A stretch of DNA of 64,000 bases from the NCBI GenBank assembly GCA_017481745.1, contig JAFUOV010000005.1, positions 232 through 64,231 on the forward strand, in the 5' to 3' direction. Below are positions 9,888-16,334 of this stretch, piece by piece. Positions within the stretch are counted from its first letter, which is position 1, and the number at the start of each line of letters is the position of its first letter. The stretch is from Bacteroidaceae bacterium (lineage in GTDB: Bacteria > Bacteroidota > Bacteroidia > Bacteroidales > Barnesiellaceae_A). The position numbers and the translations under genes are program-made. A model generated the notes under the pieces. It had not been told where the DNA came from. It searched no databases and was given only the letters and a program-made list of their open reading frames with translations.

Positions 9888-10020
9888 CCCCCCGAACATT
9901 TGTTTTGCTACATTGTTTTTGCTAAAGATGCAACGGTTGCATAAATCTTAGTGCAAAGCGTTGCATTGACTAATTGTGTGATTATTACTACTTTTTGTGT
10001 ACGAATGGAAAATAATACAT

Positions 10021-10028
10021 TACTTTTG
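10021..10028 (+). promoter_or_regulatory. -7 promoter box TACTTTTG
   Basis: Exact TAnnTTTG match 44 nt upstream of the ATG at 10072. Confidence 0.45.
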
Positions 10029-10071
10029 TAGCGAAATATTAATATTAATGTTAAACAAAAAAGATTGTAAA

Positions 10072-10272
10072 ATGAATGTAGATGTTATCGGTTCTTGGGC
10101 TGGTCTCGTATGGGAAGCCTTGAACGCATCTGGTATGCTTACAGTAAAAGGTTTGAAGAAAGCTACCAAACTCAAAGAGAAAGAACTTTACGCAGCTCTC
10201 GGCTGGCTTGCTCGTGAGGGCAAAGTTTGTATTACTGAGACAGAAAGTGATGTTGAGGTTGTATTGTGTTAA
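10072..10272 (+). CDS. Small winged-helix protein (DUF2582-like)
   Basis: 66-aa ORF, IGSWAGLVWEAL...LGWLAREGKV pattern as in small wHTH proteins. The start is chosen downstream of the promoter box; ATG at 10048 is also possible. Confidence 0.5.
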   Translation: MNVDVIGSWAGLVWEALNASGMLTVKGLKKATKLKEKELYAALGWLAREGKVCITETESDVEVVLC

Positions 10273-10301
10273 TTAACGCAACACAATAAAACTTATACGA
10301 T

Positions 10302-10340
10302 AGAGGGTGTGTCCACATGGACACACCCTCTTTGTTTGTT
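10302..10340 (+). terminator. Intrinsic terminator after the wHTH gene
   Basis: Near-perfect palindrome AGAGGGTGTGTCC..GGACACACCCTCT followed by TTGTTTGTT. Confidence 0.75.
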
Positions 10341-10382
10341 GAAAGGTGAGAAGTAGGGACGTGCAGCTGGTGCGTGGTGAAT

Positions 10383-10643
10383 GTTGAGAGATGAGAGTTT
10401 AGTGTTTAGAGATTATAGACATAAGAACAAAAGAACGGGCGTTGAGAGATGTGAGCGTATGCACAAACCCCTCAGTCGCAGGGCGACAGCTCCCCTATAT
10501 TTTTCTGTCGAAAGACACAGAGGAGCAAAATATTACCATACAGCAAGAGTAACCTTTTCTGCCCCTGCGAGTGAAACGAGATAGGGGAAGTGCCCAAAGG
10601 GCGTAGGGGTTTTATGAATGTTTAGAGTTTAGAGTTTAGAGAG
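10383..10643 (+). repeat. Repeat-family copy A: heptad array + TAAGAACA..GTTGAGAG module + ~150-nt core + heptad array
   Basis: By-eye alignment to the copies at 15801-16060 and 16061-16260; lies in the convergent intergenic region between the wHTH and MBL genes. Confidence 0.85.
10465..10612 (+). ncRNA. Candidate structured RNA core (copy A) of the repeat family
   Basis: Closing helix AAACCCCT/AGGGGTTT encloses hairpins GTCGC-AGG-GCGAC, GCTCC..GGAGC, TTAC..GTAA, CCCCT..AGGGG and GCCC-AAA-GGGC. The strand of any transcript is unknown. Confidence 0.3.
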
Positions 10644-10661
10644 GGACAAGTTTTTGCGTTT

Positions 10662-11468
10662 TTACTTCTCGAAGGTGTATAGTGCCGAGGGGTGGTTGCG
10701 TGCCAACGTAACGAGTTGCACGTCCTTACCTACGCGGATGCCTTCGTTGTAGAGGCGACCTTCGATGGTCTTGTATGCAAGTTGCGGATGGTTGTTGTCG
10801 AGGCTCAAATGGCACAAGAAGATGTGTGTCAATTCGGGACGGTAGGTTGTTGCCAGGAACTCGGCGGTCTCGGCATTGTCCATGTGTCCGCGAGGGGCTA
10901 CAATGCGGCGTTTCAGGTGCAGCGGGTAAGGACCGTTTTGCAACATCGTGGCATCGTAGTTTGCCTCAATAACCAGATAGTTTGCCTCCGAGAGGTAGCG
11001 TGCAGCCGTCTCGGTAATGTGTCCCAAGTCGGTGGCGAGCACAAAGGTATGTTCGCCATAGCGTATGCGGTAGCCCACATTGTCGCTGCCGTCGTGAGGT
11101 ACTTCAAAGGCTGTTATCTCAAAGTCGCGTATCATAAAGGGCACTTCCTTCACAATCTCGCGGTGTGCGCTGTATATCTTGTCGGGCATGCAGTAGTTGC
11201 GGTTCATGCCATTGAGTATGCTCTGTGTGGTGTATACCGGTATGCCCAATTTCTCGCCCAAGTTACCCGCAGCCTTTATGTGGTCGGCGTGGTCGTGGGT
11301 GATGCACAGCGCAACAATCTTTTCAAAGGGGATGTTGTTGTCTTTAAGAGCCTTTTTGATGGTGCGTACACCTATTCCGGCATCTATCAAGATTCCATAT
11401 TCTTCTGTTCCCAAGTAGCAACAGTTGCCGCTGCTACCACTTGCCAGGCTCATATATTGTAGTTGCAT
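10662..11468 (-). CDS. MBL-fold metallo-hydrolase
   Basis: HDHADH metal-binding motif, 268 aa, YycJ-like layout. Confidence 0.8.
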   Translation of the reverse strand: MQLQYMSLASGSSGNCCYLGTEEYGILIDAGIGVRTIKKALKDNNIPFEKIVALCITHDHADHIKAAGNLGEKLGIPVYTTQSILNGMNRNYCMPDKIYSAHREIVKEVPFMIRDFEITAFEVPHDGSDNVGYRIRYGEHTFVLATDLGHITETAARYLSEANYLVIEANYDATMLQNGPYPLHLKRRIVAPRGHMDNAETAEFLATTYRPELTHIFLCHLSLDNNHPQLAYKTIEGRLYNEGIRVGKDVQLVTLARNHPSALYTFEK

Positions 11469-11527
11469 TGCTTTTTATTTTTTAAGATTACAAAGTTACA
11501 ACAATCGCGCCAATATCTAAAGTCTTT

Positions 11528-11672
11528 TGAGTGTTTTTATGTATTTAGTGTTTAGTGTTTAGTGTTTAGAGTTTAGATAGTAACCTTTTCTGCCCCTGCG
11601 AGTGGAACGAGATAGGGGAAGTCCACGAAGTGGGAAGGGGTTTTATGAAAGTTTAGAGATTAGTGTTTAGAG
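11528..11672 (+). repeat. Repeat-family partial copy: heptad array + 3' half of the core + heptads
   Basis: 11580-11644 matches the core 3' half (TAACCTTTTCTGCCCCTGCGAGTGGAACGAGATAGGGGAAGTCCACGAAGTGGGAAGGGGTTTT). Confidence 0.85.
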
Positions 11673-11710
11673 TTAAAAAGCCCCATAGGGCGAAAAGGAC
11701 GGCGAATGTC

Positions 11711-11779
11711 AAGAGATTAGGACTGAGGGGTTTGTGCGTGTGCTCTAAACTCTAACCCCTAATCTCTCAACTCTCACCC
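11711..11779 (-). repeat. Repeat-family partial copy in inverted orientation (heptads + core 5' end)
   Basis: The reverse complement reads GAGAGTTGAGAGATTAGGGGTTAGAGTTTAGAGCACACGCACAAACCCCTCAGTC. Confidence 0.75.
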
Positions 11780-11794
11780 GTTTCTATATAATAA

Positions 11795-11828
11795 GTGAGG
11801 TATGCCACTTGCTGGTGGCATACCTCAC
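11795..11828 (-). terminator. Hairpin terminator downstream of the T9SS cargo gene
   Basis: 14-bp perfect stem GTGAGGTATGCCAC/GTGGCATACCTCAC, 42 nt after the stop codon; only a weak U-tract on the minus strand. Confidence 0.55.
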
Positions 11829-11869
11829 TCGGCCGACTGTAAATTATATATACTTTTGTTGAGTGCTTG

Positions 11870-14800
11870 TTAGCGAACAACCTTGCTTACGTTGTCGTTG
11901 CAACGTACGATGTAAACGCCTCCGTTCATGCCGTTGAGGTCTACTTCGTTCTCGCCACGAGCTACTACTGCACCGCTCATGTTGTACACTACGATAGTGC
12001 CTTCGGCTGTTACGATGCCGTTCTTGTATGCTATACCATTTTCGACTGTTACACCTTCAATACCTGTGCCTATTGAAGTATCGGGAGCAAGTGTTACTGT
12101 GAAGCTAAACTCGGGGCTTACACGCTCGGCAAGACCTTTTGCTGCAAAAGTTACGGCTCCTTGTTCGAATGTAATAGTGTAAGTTTCACCGGTAGTGAGG
12201 CATCCGTCCCAACTGTTTACACCGAACGATACTGTACCACCACTGATGCCTTTGTTCAACACTTGACGTTCGCCTTCGATGTGAACACCGTTGTAGTGCA
12301 TCCACCAAGTCTCGGGAGTGATTATCACTTTCGAAGCATCAAAGTCAGATACTTTCTCGAAGAAAGTAACAGTCATAGTTTCGGTTTGAGTCTTTTCTGC
12401 AACTGTGAGGTATGTACCATCGGCAGGCGATGTGCTTTCGTAAGGAAGTACATAGAGTGAGTTGTAATCGGGGCGAACTTCTACCTTATATACACCTGCA
12501 CCTGCCACTTTAAATTGGTTGTTTATGGGATTCGATGCGAAACTATAATCAAGACCTTGGAGTGCGAAGTGCTCGGCTACCTTGCCGTCTTCACGAGCAA
12601 CGAATGCGGGGTGCAATGCCGACTCGGTGGTGGGGAACAAGAAACCTTCATCGGCACTTACAAAGTTTACAACGGCAGTGTAAACAGCCTCGCCGTTTTC
12701 GCCGGTAGTAGGCTCAAGTGCACCACGACCGTCCACGCCATACTCTGTTGCGTTACCTGCTATGAAGATGTATTCGAATGTTTCTTCTTCAACAGGATAG
12801 AATGTAACTTTCATATTGACAAGGTCTATAACGGCTTTTACTTTTACGCGAGTTTCACCCTCTACGGCTGCTCCATCGTAAGTTTCCATACCGTCGAAGC
12901 CATTAGAGTGGAAGAGGCGTTTGCTGGTATCATCCCAGGAGAATGAGAGGTTGTAAGCCTCTTCATAGTTGATATCTGTTGTAGCTACATCGGGGATGAG
13001 GTGACCACCGTTGGCAAAACCACTACCCAAGAGGAATTTGAAACGAGAGTTGTCTGCACCGTCGCCATTGTCGTCGTAGAGATAACCGGTCCATGTATAT
13101 GTACCTGATGCCAAGTCAACATCGCAACCTTGGATGGTCGATACACCCCAACCTGTTGAGCCGCCACCTACATCGCTGGCTTCATATTTCTCAACTACGG
13201 CACTACCGGCAATGTAAACGTCGGCAGGAAGTACACGCACTGTATTGAGTGCGCGATTTACCTCTATAGTAACATTAATAGGATTGCCGTTGGGAGTAGT
13301 GAATGTTTTGGCATCGTTGCTCGATGTCGATTTCATACCGTAGGTTTTACCTATCTCTATTTGCAAGTCGTTGTCGCTGTTGGCACCATATTGACCGTTG
13401 TCGCTTTCTTTGTAAAGACGGAATTTGAAGCCACCTTTGAGAGGTCCGGTATAAGTGTAGATGTTACCATCGGTTGAGGTCATTGCCAAGCACTCATTCC
13501 AGTTGTCATTTGTACCTGTTACGAAGTAGAATCCGGCCTCTTCTTCAACGGGCTTTGTAGGAGTAGTAGTGTTACCATCTGCATCGTAAGTCGTATTGTC
13601 TTTCCAAGTCAAGTCTGTGGTTTGACTGCCATTATTACCATTGTTGAAGATAAGACCTGCACCGTTTAGATCGCTTGTAGTAGTGTATGCCCAAGTGGTG
13701 TCATTTATTTCTTTTGCTGTGCTACCGGGCCATTCGCCCAAGTATTTTTCGTCGGTCTCTAAGTTCCAAGCATATACACTTACTGTATCCCAATTCTTGC
13801 TATTGGTAAAGTACACAGTGTGGTTGTTTGTTGTGTCGATAGGATCTGTTTTTCCGTTGTCATCGTATGTAGCACCGTTTTCGAGTGCGAGGTCGCCGGT
13901 TTGGGTATTATTACCTTCGTTGAAAATCACCATAGGCGTAACAAGTACATCGGTAGTAGTGAATGAAATTTCCCAAACACCGTTGTTATAAGTCATTGCA
14001 GAACCGGGCCATTCGCCAAGATATTTTTTGCTGTCATTGCCTTGGTCCCAAACGTATGCGTGAACTTTGGTTTTACCACCGATGTAGTAGAAAGTCCAAG
14101 TAATTTCCTCGGGGGCTGCTGTTACTGTAACAGTAGCAGTCTTGGTTTCGGCAGCGCCGGCAAGAGTTGCTGTAATTTCGTATGTGCCTACTGCACCGGG
14201 AGTCCAAGGCGAAGTGATTTTGTTGCCGTCGATGGTATATTCAACATCGGCTGCATCGGCATTCTCAACCTCGCAAGTGAAAGTAACCTCCTCACCAAGT
14301 ACGATTGTTGAGGGCTCGGCCGTGAAAGTTACGATTGCGGGAACAGGTACTGCATTAACAATTACAGTAGCTGTTTTGCTTTCTGCACCTTCGAGTGAAG
14401 CAGTGATGGTGTATGTACCTACAGCAGCAGGTGTCCAAGGCGAAGTTATAACTTCGTCGTTTACTGTGTAAACGACATTCTCGGTAGTATTTTCAGTTGT
14501 AGAAGTCAAAGTAACCGACTCGCCAAGAGTAATTTCGGCAGGCTCGGCTGTGAAAGAAGTGATAGCAGGAACGGGAACTGCATTAACAGTTACAGTAGCT
14601 GTTTTGCTTTCTGCACCTTCGAGTGAAGCAGTGATGGTATATGTACCTACAGCAGCAGGTGTCCAAGGCGAAGTGATAACCTCTTCGTTAACAGTATAAA
14701 CTACTTCATTAGTAGTGTTTTCAGTTGTAGAAGTCAAAGTAACCGACTCGCCAAGTACGATTGTTGAGGGCTCGGCTGTGAAAGTAAGAATAGCAGGAGT

Positions 14801-15526
14801 TGCAACAACTACTTCCGAGAACTTAGCAGTAAGTTTTACATCGGCGTGAGGTGCTGTGTAAGTGTAAGTTGTGGCTGTAGATACTAGGTTGCCTTCAGCA
14901 TCGTACCAACCCAAGAACTCTGCGCCGTCATCGGGGGTAGCTGTACAAGTAACAGTAGCAGTATAAGCAGCATCGGCAGAAGTTGTACCCGAAGAGGCTG
15001 TAGCAGTGCTTGCGGCAGTCAACTTATAAGTTGAAATAGCAGTTGTACCCTCACCCTCGATGGTGATGTTTTGAGCGTGGTTAAGGGCTGTGTAACTATT
15101 TGAACTGTTTCCGATATAATTAATATCGATGTTAGCATTTTTATTTGCATTTTCTTTGGTTACCAAATAATATGATCCGGAATCAAAGCGGTAGTCACCG
15201 TAAGTATTGGTATAATATTGAGCATTGGTGCGATTGCCAGAACTCCAATTGCCACTACCCCAAGATCCAGTTGTACCAATGACACAAAAATAATTTGCAC
15301 CACCCCAAGAAATTTGTTTGTAGTGATATAAATTTGTACCTGCAATCTTTTTCATTTCGAAAAGACTTGTGTAACTGTTGTGACCTACGCAAGCATATAC
15401 GTATTTGTACTCAGGAATATCTGTACCATCAAAATAGATATCTCCTCCTGAGTGGTCAACTGCCATTGCGTTGAAGTTAGCGCATAGCAATAATGCACTA
15501 ACAAGAGTTAATAAGATTTTTCTCAT
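11870..15526 (-). CDS. T9SS-secreted multi-domain surface protein: Listeria-Bacteroides repeat, 3 Ig-like repeats, 2 CBM25/26-like starch-binding-type modules, further beta-rich FKF-motif modules, T9SS C-terminal sorting domain
   Basis: Signal peptide from MRKILLTLVS (ATG 15526); FLGWYDAEGNLV motif; three 76-aa repeats; two Y.W....KYLGEWPG...IFN.GNN.QT.DL modules; C-terminal VYNMSGAVVARG..LNGMNGGVYIVR..KVVR. No catalytic domain recognised. Confidence 0.8.
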   Translation of the reverse strand: MRKILLTLVSALLLCANFNAMAVDHSGGDIYFDGTDIPEYKYVYACVGHNSYTSLFEMKKIAGTNLYHYKQISWGGANYFCVIGTTGSWGSGNWSSGNRTNAQYYTNTYGDYRFDSGSYYLVTKENANKNANIDINYIGNSSNSYTALNHAQNITIEGEGTTAISTYKLTAASTATASSGTTSADAAYTATVTCTATPDDGAEFLGWYDAEGNLVSTATTYTYTAPHADVKLTAKFSEVVVATPAILTFTAEPSTIVLGESVTLTSTTENTTNEVVYTVNEEVITSPWTPAAVGTYTITASLEGAESKTATVTVNAVPVPAITSFTAEPAEITLGESVTLTSTTENTTENVVYTVNDEVITSPWTPAAVGTYTITASLEGAESKTATVIVNAVPVPAIVTFTAEPSTIVLGEEVTFTCEVENADAADVEYTIDGNKITSPWTPGAVGTYEITATLAGAAETKTATVTVTAAPEEITWTFYYIGGKTKVHAYVWDQGNDSKKYLGEWPGSAMTYNNGVWEISFTTTDVLVTPMVIFNEGNNTQTGDLALENGATYDDNGKTDPIDTTNNHTVYFTNSKNWDTVSVYAWNLETDEKYLGEWPGSTAKEINDTTWAYTTTSDLNGAGLIFNNGNNGSQTTDLTWKDNTTYDADGNTTTPTKPVEEEAGFYFVTGTNDNWNECLAMTSTDGNIYTYTGPLKGGFKFRLYKESDNGQYGANSDNDLQIEIGKTYGMKSTSSNDAKTFTTPNGNPINVTIEVNRALNTVRVLPADVYIAGSAVVEKYEASDVGGGSTGWGVSTIQGCDVDLASGTYTWTGYLYDDNGDGADNSRFKFLLGSGFANGGHLIPDVATTDINYEEAYNLSFSWDDTSKRLFHSNGFDGMETYDGAAVEGETRVKVKAVIDLVNMKVTFYPVEEETFEYIFIAGNATEYGVDGRGALEPTTGENGEAVYTAVVNFVSADEGFLFPTTESALHPAFVAREDGKVAEHFALQGLDYSFASNPINNQFKVAGAGVYKVEVRPDYNSLYVLPYESTSPADGTYLTVAEKTQTETMTVTFFEKVSDFDASKVIITPETWWMHYNGVHIEGERQVLNKGISGGTVSFGVNSWDGCLTTGETYTITFEQGAVTFAAKGLAERVSPEFSFTVTLAPDTSIGTGIEGVTVENGIAYKNGIVTAEGTIVVYNMSGAVVARGENEVDLNGMNGGVYIVRCNDNVSKVVR
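14117..14800 (-). repeat. Intragenic tandem repeat, 3 x 228 bp (76-aa Ig-like units)
   Basis: CTGCATTAACA..GTGTCCAAGGCGAAGT blocks recur with a 228-nt offset (14351 vs 14579). Two units are near-identical and the third is diverged. Confidence 0.9.
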
Positions 15527-15624
15527 TTTTTTGTGTTTTATGTTTTTAGATTTAATATTCGGCTTCTTTATATTGTTGTCTTTCAGTGGTTTGTTTGTAT
15601 CACTTTCGGCGTAATAATTGCCTG

Positions 15625-15632
15625 CAAAATTA
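15625..15632 (-). promoter_or_regulatory. -7 promoter box TAATTTTG for the T9SS cargo gene
   Basis: Plus strand CAAAATTA is TAATTTTG on the minus strand, about 100 nt upstream of ATG 15526. Confidence 0.5.
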
Positions 15633-15685
15633 AACAAACACATTGTTAATATTGAGAAAAATATATTTTTAAACAAAAATTAACC

Positions 15686-15699
15686 CGCAAACGTTTGCG
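15686..15699. promoter_or_regulatory. 14-bp perfect palindrome CGCAAACGTTTGCG, LacI/PurR-type operator-like
   Basis: Perfect dyad with a CG centre, matching the generic LacI-family half-site pattern (..AAACG|CGTTT..); lies 54 nt upstream of the -7 box. Confidence 0.4.
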
Positions 15700-15865
15700 C
15701 CATGGGCGTAGCAGGGGGTAGACCTAAGAACAGGTGTTGAGAGATTTAAAGACACATGAACATTAGAACAAAAAAATAGTGAGCGTAGGGGTTCATGAAA
15801 GATGAGAGTTTAGTGTTTAGAGTTTAGAGACCTAAGAACAGGCGTTGAGAGGTGTGAGCATACGC

Positions 15866-16015
15866 AAAACCCTTCAGTCGCAGGGCGACAGCTCCCCTAT
15901 ATTTTTCTGTCGAAAAACACAGAGGAGCAAAATATTACCATAACAGCAAGGTAACCTTTTCTGCCCCTGCGAGTGAAACGAGATAGGGGAAGTCCACGAA
16001 GTGGGAAGGGGTTTT
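15866..16015 (+). ncRNA. Candidate structured RNA core (array unit 1)
   Basis: P1 15866-15874/16007-16015; hairpins at 15877-15889, 15891-15928, 15935-15954, 15964-15989 and 15994-16004. Confidence 0.3.
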
Positions 16016-16066
16016 ATGAAAGATGAGAGTTTAGTGTTTAGAGTTTAGAGTTTAGTGTGTATGTAC

Positions 16067-16216
16067 AAAACCCCTCAGTCGCAGGGCGACAGCTCCCCTG
16101 TATTTTCCTCTCGGAAAACACAGAGGAGCAAAATATTACCATAACAGCAGGGTAACCTTTTCTGCCCCTGCGAGTGAAACGAGATAGGGGAAGTCCACGA
16201 AGTGGGAAGGGGTTTT
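16067..16216 (+). ncRNA. Candidate structured RNA core (array unit 2)
   Basis: Same architecture; P1 AAAACCCCT/AGGGGTTTT is a perfect 9 bp. Confidence 0.3.
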
Positions 16217-16334
16217 ATGAAAGTTTAGGGTTTAGAGTTTAGTGTTTAGTGTTTAGAGTGTATACGCAAAACCCCTCAACACCTTTTTGTTCTTATGTTC
16301 TTGTGCCTATGAATCTTTCGCCACACCCCACTCT

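Larger units (their letters stand above)
15721..16305 (+). repeat. Tandem array of the repeat family (201-nt period; one 3' relic, two full units, one truncated start) bounded by inverted TAAGAACA..GGTGTTGAG modules
   Basis: AAAACCC(C/T)T core starts at 15866, 16067 and 16268. Left module at 15722-15743; the right module at 16275-16298 is its reverse complement with a 3-nt gap. Confidence 0.9.

Noticed and set aside
10381-10584. 67-aa ORF inside repeat copy A
   Set aside because: The other copies of the element carry indels and substitutions that break this frame. The ORF starts in the stop-rich heptads and has no ribosome-binding context.
15527-15676. 50-codon N-terminal extension of the T9SS gene (tracked start 15676)
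   Set aside because: The extension contains the predicted -7 promoter box and is Lys/Asn-rich AT-rich sequence. A canonical signal peptide begins at the Met encoded at 15526.
15721-16305. Possibility that the 201-nt array is a CRISPR array
   Set aside because: The units are long (~150-nt conserved core). The spacers between cores are themselves repetitive heptads and not unique sequences. No cas genes are present in the window.
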